A stretch of DNA of 64,000 nt from Dicyema japonicum (GCA_011109175.1 RDEW01000007.1:1254295-1318294), one strand, 5' to 3'. Shown: positions 50,512-63,083, numbered from the stretch's first letter. The notes: a model not told the origin generated them from the sequence alone. Numbers and translations are program-made.

Positions 50512-51990
50512 CAGTGGTTCTTAACCTTTTTTAAGTCAGCGCCTTTTTAAGATTTAATTTTTTTGAATTGCAGAGGAAAGAAAGGAGAGTAAATGGTCAT
50601 ATAGCGGCTGCCCAGACTGCGTGGCTATTCCTTCTCAGGAGATTCGCTCAAATTACCAACAGCGCTCACGAGGGTCTCCTGATCGTGTAGCGATCCGATT
50701 CCCGAGACGATTCAAGAATTTCAGTGTCACAGACACAAAAGAACCAGACGTCTCAACGGCGAGTAGAGCAAATAATAAATCCTTGGGTAGGACCGCGTAC
50801 TTTTCCCGTTTCAACTTCTCAGCGGGAGAACAGGCTTCAGAGGCACTTTGGAGTAGGTTGCAAGAGGAAAACGTGCCGGTGCAGGTGACGTCTCAGACAA
50901 AAAGTTTTCCGGCTTCAAAAGGGAAGATTGTCATCCCATCTGGTCATTTCCCGTCCCTCCTGTAAAGACCTACTGATTCGAGCATGTAGGGGCGTCCAAA
51001 GCTGTCCTAACGACTTCGTTCAAGGCCATGTGTCTGGGAAATCTGCCTGCACTCTTCCTGCAGGAGAGTGGGTGTAGGACAAAACAGTCGATCTTGTCTC
51101 CGCATCGGCATGGATGTGGAACAAAGACTTTTAATCCCATCGCAGTGAGATCCCATTGCGGACATTCATCATTCAGGAATGTACCAAAAACTCCATTGGG
51201 AACGGCGTTGAGCCAGACACCGCTCTCAGAAGACGTCCCCGACAACAAACATGCGATGGTGGCTAGATTTTTAAAATTAAAACAACTTTTTTTGTTTATA
51301 TAAAAACAATTTTAGTGACTGCCTTGTGCTTGATGAGAATTTGTCAATCTTTTTGTCAGCTTTTATGGTTGATAGACTTAGTCTCAAATCTCCTCTATTC
51401 ACAATTTTTAATTTATTTATTATTTGGTCAAAAAATTGGACACTGCACTAAATCTCCTTTCAACAATATATGTTGAAGAAATGTTATTTCGATTTCATTC
51501 CACAATTGAGGATATTTTTCTATGAGTAACCCAGAATTTGCGAAATATCTTAGCTTTAGCTTCAAAGTCATATTTCAGATTTAATAAAATTTCTGTTATT
51601 TCTGGAGATATCTTAACGATTTCAACTTCAAATGGATTTCTATACCAATCAAAAATTATTAAATTTTCTAAATCATTAAAGCGAATTTTCATGTCGTCCC
51701 TTAACTTTTTTAGATGCAAACAGTAACATTAACACCCCAAATTTTTCTAGACTTGGAAAATTAATAAAAATCTTTTTTTAATATTATTTTCATAAAGCAT
51801 TAATTTTTCAATAAAAGATAATTCCTTTTACATTTATTAAATCGATATTGTTTCTTTGCGAGCTGATATTTACTTGATTGATTTTATGAAAAATCTTAAG
51901 ATTTGACATTTTGAGGCCTTTATTCCTTCATTTGTAAAGACCTTCTTACACATAGGACACATAGGAAGTAATTTGTTATGCTCGTAGGGC
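50512..51990 (-). mobile_element. hAT (Buster/Charlie-like) relic containing a CRE insertion
   Basis: Terminus CAGTGGTTCTTAACC at 50512; HLKKLRDDMKIRFNDL...DWYRNPF at 51495-51719. Confidence 0.6.
50580..51260 (-). mobile_element. CRE-clade non-LTR retrotransposon 3' fragment (Zn motif + restriction-like endonuclease)
   Basis: SGVWLNAVP, HPCRCG, HPLSC, RFPRHMALNEVVRTAL, RPDGMTIFPF, VWDVTC, AVET, FERISLAI. Confidence 0.8.
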
Positions 51991-52008
51991 ATCACTCTAA
52001 ACTTTAAG

Positions 52009-52560
52009 TATTATTATTATTATTAAAAGCATTTTCACAGAACTAAAGAACTTTATATTAACTAAGGTCTCGTTTGTGCCACACGTTTCGAAATTTGCTT
52101 CACTAGTCGTCTCTATCGCCCTCTGCTTTGCACATCTGTCCGTAGATCTTCTAGGTCTTTAAGATTTAAGTTTTCTTCCAATTCCATTAAGTCGAAAATC
52201 ACTTAAATGGAACTTAACCGTGATCAAGATCAATCAAATGTTGGGTATTAAGAATATAGAAGTGTTCTTGTTGGCAAGCGACAATTTAAACCGTTATTAT
52301 GACGTAAAACCCAAAATAAACAAGTAATTATGTCCGATTTACAGCTAAGCATATGGATCTGGTTGGTTATAGATGACGAGATTCGAGTGTGGATACTTTG
52401 TACATCCGAAACTTTATTATTCAGAACCTTGGGTTTCAAATATCTCTAAGTCCGTCACTTCGTCCGTCATCACGAGAAGGAATACAAGGACTTTCATCCA
52501 CCATAGAGATGAATTTACATTTCGTCAACGTCAACCTTCAGATCAATCACCAACTGGTCG
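52009..52560 (-). mobile_element. RTE-like LINE 3' end with (TAA)n tail
   Basis: LEDLRTDV...RRLVKQISKRVAQTRP*, homologous to 19690 copy; tail at 52009-52024. Confidence 0.65.
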
Positions 52561-52954
52561 GCTAACTTTGTTTGATTATGGCTATTAAATCAACTTGCCA
52601 AGCATTATTTCTATTTTCAACGATTACAGATCATAAAATCTTTGCTACATTGGGCACATTTAATGTAAGTTTTTGAACTGCTGTTTGGTGAAAGATAAAA
52701 TGTCCAAACAACTTTTGGGACAACCTTTACGTTTGCATTTCATAATTTATGCTAAGCTGGGACGTCTGGCTACACTCAAAAGCCACGACGCACGTGGATC
52801 TCTAGTTGATCTCCGTTGCAATTGTGAGAGGCAACACATGTCGACGGGATCCATTTTGTCCTAAATAAATAAGATCTTGTCAAATAAAACAATTATTATT
52901 AAAAGTCCCTTTAGATTGGTCGATTGGTTGACATTTGAGCTGCCAATGTAACTC

Positions 52955-53235
52955 TTGGCTCGGTGGCACAGTGTGACGGTTGCCGGGCAAGAGGTCTAGG
53001 TCGCTAGTTCGAATCCAATACTTCACATTTCGGTTAAAGGTTCCACGCATTAATATCCTTTGGCTTGACGAGTGACGCCGTCATCAGTGAACTTTACTGC
53101 GGAACCGGATTGTCTATAAAGGACATACACCCAAGAAAAAGAAAACAAAGTTAAGAGCATTCATTGATCCTCTCGATTAGCTATTATAACTGTTCTTAGC
53201 CTAAAATAAAGTGTGTGTTCTCTGGCTCCTCGGAA
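52955..53235 (+). mobile_element. tRNA-derived SINE copy
   Basis: A box TGGCACAGTG, B box GTTCGAATCC, body TTGACGAGTGACGCCGTCATCAGTGAA shared with the 40820 copy. Confidence 0.8.
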
Positions 53236-53399
53236 AGTGCGAAAAATGTAATTATAACGCTTGACATCTTTATCGTCACTTGACTTTCTTGTGTAGTGAC
53301 ATCGGATAAACAAACTTCGAAGACAACAACAACCCTGCCATGGGTTATAATATCAATCGTCACATTATTAATCCGAGGCATTGAAAATGTTCTTGACGT

Positions 53400-53545
53400 C
53401 TTGTTTTATTCGTTTTCTTGGGGTGAGTTGCAATGATTAAACACTGATGACGACATCACTCGTCAACCCAGAAGCATCGTGGATGCATGGAACCTTCAAC
53501 CAAATGGACAGGAGTGAGATTCGAACTTGAAACCTCATGGTATTT
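53400..53545 (-). mobile_element. tRNA-derived SINE copy, inverted
   Basis: Reverse complement AAGTTCGAATCTC...GAAGGTTCCATGCATC...TTGACGAGTGATGTCGTCATCAGTG. Confidence 0.75.
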
Positions 53546-53810
53546 GGTCCAGAACTTATTAAACTGTTAAGCATAGAAAGCCTCTCAAAATATTAGAATT
53601 TAAATAAATTTTATTTGTAAAACAAAATATTGTCAAATGTATATTATTGATTTAAAAAATTATATAAAATATTTTGTAAGCCACGTGTCGCCATGTGGCT
53701 AATTGGTTGAAACTTTCAACAAAACTGACAGATGTTTAGCGGATTCCCATAATACATTAAAAACAGGGAATTATGTGCGTTATTTGGCCCAGTTAACGTG
53801 CTTTTTAATA

Positions 53811-54890
53811 CAGTGTTGGTGGTATAAAAAAGGTTTTGCAGTTACAAACTAATTTTTGGCGTATAATTTTCCAGTTTGGAGTTGACTAGATGTATAATTT
53901 TTTATTTATAAAAAAATTTCAGTAATCGTCTAAAATTTTAAAAATTTCAATTTTAGCGTGTGAATAAAAAACCGGTTTGTTAGTAATCTGTTTTAGTTTC
54001 TTGTTTTTTGTGTTTTATAAGCAGATGTTAAACAATAATTAAAGGAAAGATCCTTCCTCTTTCGGAGTTAAATGGACGACAAAAGATATCGCAGAATATT
54101 TAAATATTCAAAATCGACAATCGGATATTTTCTTCGAAAATTCAAAAAACATCGAACCACTGAGAGGCTTCCTGGTTCCGGACGTCCTAAAAAGCTTCAA
54201 AAACAGACATTGAAGTTTCCAAAAAATCTTCGCACACTTTGAAAAATGAAATGAAACATTTTGCTGGTAAGAGTGTATGTAGAAAGACAATTAGGAATTA
54301 CTTAAATTCTAATTTTCTATTCGGAAGATTGTGTCATCTTAAACCGTTGTTATCCAAGAAAAACATAGTAAACAGATTTGAATTGTCCAAAATTTTCATT
54401 CGGATGAATAATGACGCATGCAAGAATTCCCAATCTGCATATAACGACGACAGTAAAATTTGGTGGAAGCAGTGTTATGGTTTGGGGCTGTATCTCCTAT
54501 CAAGGAGTTGGAAATTTAGTTTTTGCTAATGGGACACTCAATTCCGCTAAATATATTAAATTAATTTGTTTGTTTCGGCGGAAAAATGTGACTAAATGAG
54601 TTCACTTTCCGACAAGATTTAGCTCCTTGTCATCGATCAGTGTTGGTAACTAAGTTTTTTTGATGAAAATAACATCCCAATTTTTGATTAGGCGTCGTAA
54701 TCTCTATACATGAACTCACTGGAACGTGTTTGGAGCATAATGAAGCAATAATATTCAAAGACCCTGCAAAAAAAACTTGATTAATCGAGGATACCTCACA
54801 AGTTATTAACTTAATTTTTCTAACTTTTTTGTTTAAAACGGTTTTTTATGCTCACTCTAAAATAAATATTAAAAATTTTCGATGATACTA
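53811..54890 (+). mobile_element. decayed Tc1 transposon
   Basis: ta|CAGTG left end; RKTIRNYL, KPLLSKKN, TVKFGGSSVMVWGC, RQDLAPCH; partial inverted similarity near 54830-54890. Confidence 0.75.
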
Positions 54891-55559
54891 TAAAATATAA
54901 ACGTTCTTTAACAGGCAACATAGGTTAGTAATGGAAACAGACTCCAGAAGCACAGTGATGACAATATATTGAGGAAAAGGAAAAGGACTGTGACAATTGG
55001 GTTTACTCCCATAGTCGCTCGAAGAGGAAACGAATTGGATAGAGAACATTTTAATTAGAATTAAACTTTTAAGATAAAAAGGGAATAGTTGTTTCTAATA
55101 CAAGAATATAATCTGATTTATGTTGTAAAGGTTCGTTTTCCCCTTTTAAATCACTTCTGAAATGATTTATCTAATAAATACCGTATTACTTTAAAAAATG
55201 CTCTCATTCTGAATGAAAAACTTTTTTTGATTTCTCAACACAAATTTTCTATTATTTCTATTAACAAATTTTCATTATTGTACAAGAACTACGCAATAGC
55301 CGGCAGAACAATGTAGCCTGCTCAACTACTTTACAAATTAACCACTAGGCTAACTGGTCAAGTAATATATTGAACGATAAAACATTGTTATAATTAAATC
55401 AACCACAGACATAGTAACAAAAAACATTTATTTAGACATTACAGATTATCAGCTGTGAATTCAAAAATTTGAAGCTAACACATTGCCTTCTAGGAAACTA
55501 TACCATTCAGGTGTTAAAGTGGGTCTTACCAAAAGCAAAGTGGGTCAGCCAAAGTTATA

Positions 55560-56000
55560 CTTTTAATGAATACTTGATAACAAATAATTTCTTATAAATA
55601 ATATTTAATTCTGAACATGTAAGAAGGCATCATTGGATCCACGTGGAACACTTTATAAAAGAAAACACTGGCATTAAGTTAAAGAGAAGCAATACATGAC
55701 GGTAGGGCTTGCTAACCGACTTCTACCCAGAAAGTCTCCAAAGAAATCGCACAACCAAAGGGTTGTCTGTGAATATAAGATACGGATATTTTTATGCAGT
55801 TTTGAAACTTCGAATAATATTTTCGATAGTTCCCCAACCTTGCATATTTTTTATTAACGATAAAAGAATTTTCGTTTTCTCAAATTTCATGAGAATTGAG
55901 CCCGTATTTAAGAAGAAGTATGTTTGGAAAGGATTTGTCTCACTTCGACTTGGAAAACTGCAAAAAACCTATTTCAAATATATCCACGGTTATTTAAAAA
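55560..56000 (-). repeat. unclassified ORF-like dispersed repeat
   Basis: Near-identical inverted copy of 63400-63700 over ~250 bp. Confidence 0.75.
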
Positions 56001-56319
56001 ACATGTACCAGTTCTGATATTTTTATATTATAGTATGATTTAACTATCTTCGAAATAGCCTTATTGAAAATCATTAAAATTCCCAATATAATTTATCACG
56101 TGGTCTACCAGATACGCATGTACATTTTGTCTTTCCTAACCTCGACCCTTCATTACATATTTGTGGTTTCTTAATCTCGACCCTTCAACAACTAATTTTA
56201 ATCAAATATTTTTAAAATAAAGTTTTTGAAATGATTCCATTATGGCCTGCATAAATTGAGTACGAAATGAAGCTTTCTCCTATAATCAAGACCGATTGGT
56301 TCGAGGATGGAATAATGTC

Positions 56320-56660
56320 CGGTAGGCGTCCAAAGCTCGCCTAACGACTTCGTACAAGGCCATGTATATGGGAGATCTCCCCTACAATCTTCCTGCTGGA
56401 GAGAGGATATATGAAAAAAACAGTCGATCCGGTCTTCGCATCAGGACGGATACGGTACATAGACTTTTAATTCCAGTCGTAATGAGATCCCAATACGGAC
56501 ATATTCATCATCCAGAAAGGAACCCAAAACTCCATTGGGAATGACGTTGAGCAAGGCATCGCTTTCGGAAGACGCCCCAGACAACACACAGGCACGAAGA
56601 TGTTGGTTAGATGACACTAGAAAATCTTCAAGAATTCCGGCATACAGCATCGTCCAGACA
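56320..56660 (-). mobile_element. CRE-clade fragment (second copy)
   Basis: LRACVLSGASSESDALLNVIPNGVLG; nucleotide similarity to 50990-51260. Confidence 0.75.
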
Positions 56661-57738
56661 CCACTGAGATAACATGCAAGGTAGGGAAACCTATTCTAAA
56701 TCTGGTAAAGTCTCATGTACTTTCTAACTTCAATTTGATTCCCAAAATATCATTTTCTCTTCATTTTAAATTATTGGTATTTTGACTTATTTTTCGTTTG
56801 ATGTTTCTAACCGCCGTCTGAGAAACGAAGGTTACACCGACTCCCGACGAGAACCATGAAAATGAAAATATCGACTTAGGATTAACCAATGATTTCTATT
56901 ATTGTCATTTAGCAGTTTCACATGAACCATAGTACTTATAATCTCTATGTGCAGCCCATGACACAATTTGAATCAGTCATTTCCACACTAGTCGATCGTC
57001 AGCCAGTGATCCCATAGAGTACAGGTCATACCCGTTCACAATCTGACGCATAAATTACAACTTTTAGAGGGACAACAATCGAGACACATTTTCAATAGCA
57101 CACCCTATAATCCTTGGGTAGAATCAAAACTAATTCTATGCGAAGGCAAACAAGAAAATCAATTTGTCGGCCATAAGTTGGCATACTCATGAATGCGACT
57201 CATTTCTTAATGCTAAACTAAAGGCCCACTATGGAGTATAATATCGAGCATTACAGAAAAACGAGGTAATTTATTTACCACCAGTCACTTGAGAAGCTAT
57301 CAGGAAAACAGCCACCTAAAGCAGAGGCACCCATGGATAAATTAGGTATATTTGGTGTGGCTTAAATAGAAATAGAAGGGATAGAAGAGGTGCTGTTGTC
57401 CATGAGGCAGATAGAGCATTAGACAAAGTCGAGCGACTGATTCTGTTTAAATAGTCTTGTAAATCTGTATGACGACAGTAGTGTTTATGGGGACACTACT
57501 GGAGAAAGACTATGGCATGTTGAATTGTCGAAACACTGTTTGAAGACGACGTCACTAGTAAATCCCAGAAGCATATTTTTATGAACTACTGTCCTAGGTG
57601 AACGATAAAATGTCCAAAAATAAATTCCTCCATCGGCATTTGTTTGAGTGTAAAATGAGCTTTAGAATACCCTAACAACTTTTTCATTTTATTTTAGTTA
57701 ATATTATCTGTTTCTCTTGAAAATATTTTATGTAAAAA

Positions 57739-57811
57739 GACTCTATGGCCTAATGGATAGGGCGTCGGCCTCCGGAGCCGAAGATTGCGGGTTCGAGTCC
57801 CGCTAGAGTCG
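57739..57811 (+). tRNA. tRNA-Arg-CCG: tRNA-Arg (anticodon CCG)
   Basis: Acceptor GACTCTA/TAGAGTC, D arm GCCTAATGGATAGGGC, anticodon arm TCGGC-CTCCGGA-GCCGA, T arm GCGGG-TTCGAGT-CCCGC; 73 nt. Confidence 0.95.
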
Positions 57812-58269
57812 GTAGAAATTTATTTTCCTTTTCCAATGTGCTTGACGCTACAATTCCTGGGTCGACAAGGGAATCGAATTTCGACATGTATTTGAAATCT
57901 TTGTGAGTGCTGCTGGCTATTTGACTAAACATCACTCTCAATCCTAAGAGGGATAGTCACGCAATCAAGCTTCTCGATATGTTCTTTAATCCGATTTTTA
58001 TTCATAAAATGTTAATTTCTTAGAACACCAATTTTTTTGTGTTAAAATTAGTAAATTATTTCGAGTTATTGGAGAAAAGGTGACATTTAAGTTTTATAAA
58101 TTAAAATTGCGATGGACGAAATTCTAATTTGTTGAATGCGAATAAAGATATACAGTAACGTGAATACAAGAATATAATCTGATTTATTCTCTTGAGTAAT
58201 ATTTGAAAAAATATTGTAAATATTAATAACTCAGCTTTATTTAACCATAGAGAAAGTTAATATCTAACA

Positions 58270-58730
58270 GTCAACAACCTTCTTCGGCTGCCTGTTTGTC
58301 AGTCTCCCCAGGCAGGTTCAATTTTGGTTGTTGAAATAGCTCCGAAAGCACCATGTCCAATTGAGCTCTCTTCCCATATGGCATCTCCGGGCTCTGCCTC
58401 CTATACTCCAGTTTCAGACAACAATGTACCCTGTTTCTTTGATTTGGTAAGCATAGGTACACTCTCATCGGAGACCTCCATCCCGTGCTTGTGTTCAATT
58501 CGAGAGTCCTTTTCAACAAAACTGATTGGATATCAATCCTCCAATAGATAGCTTATCCAATAATTCTTGAAGCATTCCGAAACACCAGCGAGATACTCTT
58601 TACTTGAAAATCGTAAAGAAGAGAGAGTTCTCCCCCAAGAAGGTCATACTTATGACATTTCTCCACATCAGCTCGTATGAGGTGATCCTGAGAAGTAATA
58701 TGTCGCGAGCGCAGAAAGCGACTTTGACAC
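58270..58730 (-). mobile_element. R4/Dong-like element 3' fragment
   Basis: ITSQDHL...VEKCHKYDLL and SVLLKRTLE, homologous to 1579-1911. Confidence 0.65.
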
Positions 58731-58732
58731 CT

Positions 58733-59480
58733 GTCAATCCTGTCATCGGCCTGTCAATCTAATTGATGACTAATCGATAAAAGAAGAAAAAAAGAATCAT
58801 CATATTTTTCTATTAAATCAGATTATTCTTGACGTTATTAACATTTATTATTATTTATTTTATGGAAATTTAAATAATTTTTTGTCGGCATACCATACTA
58901 ACCACAAATAAAATATTATCTACGCTAGCGAAATTTTGTCTCTTGCCTGTTATGTAACATCAGCGTTTGTTTGTGAAAGATCATGATGAATATAATTTGT
59001 TGAGATCTTTACTTAATAATGAAGATGTCGATCTTCCCAAGCATAGGAAGTATCGACTCAAAAAGAAAGTGGAAAATTTCATAATCAATGAGAGGAAATT
59101 ATATCTTAAGGATGTAAATGGGCTACACAAGCTCGTAATTTTTTCCACGAATATAGAAGAAATGAAAATAATCGCTCGGGAGATTCATGAGGCCAATAAT
59201 TTGGGCACAATGCATTGGAAGCTCTTTGTAGGAGAACAAGGGCTTGTGGAAAGATTTAACCAGACGATCACAAGAAGTTTGTCGAAAATGATGAGTTTGG
59301 ATAATAAAAAGGAGTGGGTTAGATACATTCAAATTCGAACATCCGTACGGGGATCCAGTTACTATTGTTGCAAAATTGTCTAACAATTTTGTCAATGTGG
59401 AAAATAGTGATGGATCGGTAATGAAATTACATTCAAAAATACTTAAGAAGTTGAATGTAGTCACTAATAACAGTTAAAAT
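58733..59480 (+). mobile_element. internally deleted Ginger-like integrase element
   Basis: FVKDHDEY...LPKHRKYRLKKKVENF and QGLVERFNQTITRSLSKM homologous to the 7742 element; TGTCAATC-type left end. Confidence 0.7.
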
Positions 59481-59639
59481 AATAATTATTCTTAATCTTG
59501 AAAAAATTAAGTTAATTTGATTGATTGACTGGTCGCTCACTGCGCTCGCGACATAATACCCACTTAAATTAGAGTTATTTCGTTTGTGATCTTGTAAAGT
59601 ATCTTGTTGTTTGTTGAATTGAACCTTGGTTTCAGTCAT

Positions 59640-60240
59640 TATCGACATATCAACTCGTCGATAATAATGACTGAACCGAATATCCCTTCAACTTTTCGCT
59701 TTTTCACTCCGTAAATTCTGCAAACTGCAAATATACTTACTTCTTCGGACATAATCAGTGTTTAGCATTTTACCACACTGAGTTGCCAAATGATCAACAG
59801 TCTTCTTGTTTTTTCCAATGATTGCATAACGATCCCATCTGTGAGAAAAACGAGTTCCTATCTTGCAATAAATCTTCACTCCCTGGACTGTTATTTCCAG
59901 TCATTTGCAACCCTCTAGATGTTACCACATCGACAATAGCTTCCTCCACACATTTAAGACAACGGAATGTGACGATTTGAAATTTATTCTATCCAATAGA
60001 TATTGTTTCTGAATGGTCTTGAGGGACTCGACATTAATATCCTTCTTGTCAGAAAATCCACATTTAGAGGTAAGAAATCTGCGATTGTAGCCAACTGCCA
60101 TTTATTAGTTTGAATAACTCGCAGAATCCGCGACCTTCGCAAACGAACAGCCGAATTCTTTTCCAAACTTCAAAGGAATCGAAAGAGTGTCAGTTCACCT
60201 TGGAACATAACTGAAATAAGTCCTCTCCCTTAAGTCATCC
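59640..60240 (-). mobile_element. R4/Dong-like RT/Zn fragment
   Basis: TVDHLATQCGKMLNTDYVRR matches the 1905-2474 ORF. Confidence 0.65.
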
Positions 60241-60552
60241 TGTTTAAATATAATCTTGTTTTTTTGCAAGTTTCATGTAAACCTGAGAATAATAAACAGT
60301 TTAAGTATTTCACAGAAATATAAACGAATTCAAAATTCTTAGAATTTTATTTCCTCCATGATAAAGTAAATCCAAATAACGATATCCACTGACTCGTTCA
60401 AAATCTCACATCATGATAACTATTTAACATTGGAGTCAGATTTTTTAGAATTCATCTCCAAACCGATAACCTGGAAGAATCCCCCAACAGCTTCCATCAA
60501 TTTAATAACAATATCTTTCTTCAGAGCAAATATCTTTAGATATGATAATAAT

Positions 60553-60756
60553 CCCTAACCCCGATACCCTAACAACTATTCTACTAATCCCTAATTCCCA
60601 ACCCTAAGCGTGAGTCTAATCCCTATCTCTAACCCTAATCCATAACCCTGACTCTAATCCCTATCCTTGACCTAATCTCTCTCTAACTAAATCTCTATCC
60701 CTAAACCCCAATCCTAAACATGACTCTATTCCCTAACCCCTAGCCCTATCCCTGAC
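60553..60756 (+). repeat. degenerate (CCCTAA)n telomere-like tract
   Basis: Seven exact CCCTAA hexamers plus CCCTAT/CCCTAG/CCCTGA/CTCTAA variants in ~200 bp. Confidence 0.75.
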
Positions 60757-62900
60757 ACGGAAAAGTCCATGTTCCTCGTGGTCCTCCGAACAAGGGCGCG
60801 TATAACGTTAACTTTCTGGAGGCCCCTGGTAATCATGTCTGTTGCGTGGGAGTTGAAATTGAGAAGGCTGTCGTACTTGACTCCAAGGACAGTGGGGGAC
60901 CTTGTCATTGGAATCCGAGTGGGACTAATAAAAAGACTCGGTTCATCCTTGGAAGGACGGTCCGACGTGAATGTGGAACAGATAGACTTGGTTGCAGAGA
61001 TCGTTAGTCGATTGCCAACAATCCAATCGTGGAGAGTGTTCAATTTGTCTGAGTTTTACGGGATGCGACTTGCGTCGAGCGGTTCCGTATTGCAATGACT
61101 ACATCGTCTGCGTAGGATAATAGAAGGGAATCTTCGTCTCCATCATTAGGTAGGTCGTGTAGGAATAGGTTGAATAGAATTGGTGAAAGTGGAGACCGTT
61201 CGGTAGTAATCGTGATCTAGATCTGAGATCATCAAGTTGCCAAGTATGTAGCGGTGGACCTACCGCGGAGGAAACCATGTTGAAATATAGGACGCGGAAG
61301 GTACGAAATAATGACTGATAATACAAGTTTCTCCATAATTTTTGACAGTGTGCTGGTAACGGAAATAGGTCTGTAGGATGCAGGTTCTGTCTCTGGTTTC
61401 CCAGCCTTCAATATCGGTCTGATGATAGAATTCTTCCAAATCTTGGAATAATATTAAAGTTAATGGACAGGTTGTATATATGCTGAGGTAGCCAATTGCG
61501 TAGTGGCTTAGGTGTTTTAGGTGAATAGAAGATACTTTGTCAGGCCCGCACGCCCGTGAGCTCTTTAATCTGGTGATCACATCCAAGACTTGGTCATCTG
61601 TGAATAGTTCGTGGTAAGGTTCTTTCTTCGGTTTATGGGCACGCACCTTAATGTCCAGGTGTTTCGAGAATGGTTTGAAGCTAATTCCAGCGTAATGTTT
61701 CATAAGGATGTTAGGATGTAGGTGGCATAAGTGTTCAGGAGAAGACTTTCCGGTTCCGTCTGCATCATCCAGCTCCGACTTGACTTGTTTAAGAGTTTTC
61801 CAGAAATGTCGGGATGTACTTTTCCTGTCGAGGTGGTTAACTAGATGCTGCCATCTCTTGTCCTTGTGTTCTTTTATGCTCTGACAGATCTTTTATTCAG
61901 TTGTCTGAGGGCTGTCAAAGACTTCATGTCCAACAGATGGCATCTCTTCAGCCGGTCTCTTTGTTTTATAAGACTTATTGTATAAGAGCTGAGGGTAGGA
62001 ATAAACTTCTTGTATGACGATATAGGAATAAAAATATGGTCAGCTTTCTGAATGGCAGCGCTGATAATTTCTGCGGCCTCATCAATAGAGCGTATTGGGA
62101 GGATAATCTCCGGCCAAGAATTTATCCACAAGGTTACTGAAACCAGACCAGTCAACCTTCGTATAATCCTTGAATCTTTTTGATTCCGCCGGCCGTCTCC
62201 TGTATCGTCGAAGACCTCTCAATTTTAGAAGGATTGGATTGTGGTCACTGGAGAAGCCGTAAAAGACGTTCCAGGAAATGAGTCCAGCCAGAGAAGGTGA
62301 GCATAGTGTTAAGTCGGGGGATGTGCAGCTATCAGTCATCCTTAATGGGGTCCTCGTATGTGAGTTAGGGTTGTTCAGTATAATCAGGTCAGGAAGATAA
62401 TTTGCAATGAGTTCTCCTCGGTTATCAGAGGATTGGGAAGTGAGCCAAACTGGATGTCGTGCATTAAGATCCCCACATAACAGTAGATTTTTCAATGTTG
62501 AAATGCGTGATAAATCAGGGGTGTAAGATGACGGACACGATCCTTGTGGAGGAATATATAAATTAGCCAAATGGATCCAAAAGGACGGGAATAACTCGAT
62601 TTTGACAGTAATCTGCTCCAAAGTCTTGTCGGAGCCAAGAAGCTCTGAGGTTCGTTGAGTTGTATCCATAAAAGGAATATCGTTCTTTATAATAGTAAGT
62701 AGTCCTCCTCCGCGTCCTCCCTGACGATCTTTACGGATCACTGTGTATCCGGGAAAAGAGGGTGTTGGTATGGAGGGAGATAGCTTGGACTCCTGTATTA
62801 AAGCGAGGTCAGCCTCATTTTCGCGGAGGAGTGCCTGGAGTTCAAAGATTTTCTTCCTGATCCCATTCGTATTCAGTTGTATAATTGTAAAACCTCTCCA

Positions 62901-62942
62901 TGGACCAGGATTGGTTTCGACGTCCCCACATAGAAGAATCAA
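62901..62942 (-). other. 2A-like StopGo peptide LILLCGDVETNPG-P
   Basis: Exact D(V/I)ExNPGP consensus in frame with APE. Confidence 0.88.
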
Positions 62943-63024
62943 AAGTCTGGATAAATGGGGACACCAGACAGGGTCGAAGACACAGGAGATGAGAGGACCA
63001 CACGGACGGTGGGGAGAAGCTGTT

Positions 63025-63083
63025 GGCTCTTTTCGTTCCATTTTGGAATGGGTGACACCGTTTCTGGTGAGCCACATGACACC
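63025..63083 (-). ncRNA. HDV-like pseudoknot motif, copy F (element head)
   Basis: P1 GGTGTC/GTCACC (one mismatch), P2 GGCTC/GAGCC, P3 ACC/GGT, P4 TTCC/GGAA, J4/2 CGAAAA. Confidence 0.6.

Larger units (their letters stand above)
60790..63083 (-). mobile_element. Ingi/Vingi-like APE-RT LINE (copy F), 5'-complete, 3'-broken
   Basis: 331-aa ORF from ATG 63077: leader, 2A, APE (IIQLNTNG, LIQES, LYIPP, CGDLNARH, SPDLTL, SDHNPI); downstream RT pieces (RACGPDKV, YADD-region, LGVKYD, LQKVNVIRAL). Confidence 0.88.

Noticed and set aside
41244-50526. Charlie-like termini at 41258 and 50512 as one 9-kb hAT element capturing SLC6 and THOC7
   Set aside because: The termini face outward, so they belong to two separate elements lying left of 41258 and right of 50512.
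53443-53470. CTGATGA (hammerhead core) on the antisense strand of the SINE body
   Set aside because: It is followed by a plain TGACG/CGTCA-type hairpin, with no stem II closed before GAAA and no stem I/III with a cleavage triplet.
57000-57600. Possible integrase relic
   Set aside because: Too many stops and no convincing catalytic motif.
60553-60800. SART/TRAS-style telomere-targeted insertion
   Set aside because: The element lacks its C-terminus, 3' UTR and tail at the junction, and its other copies are not beside telomeric repeats; a secondary break is more likely.
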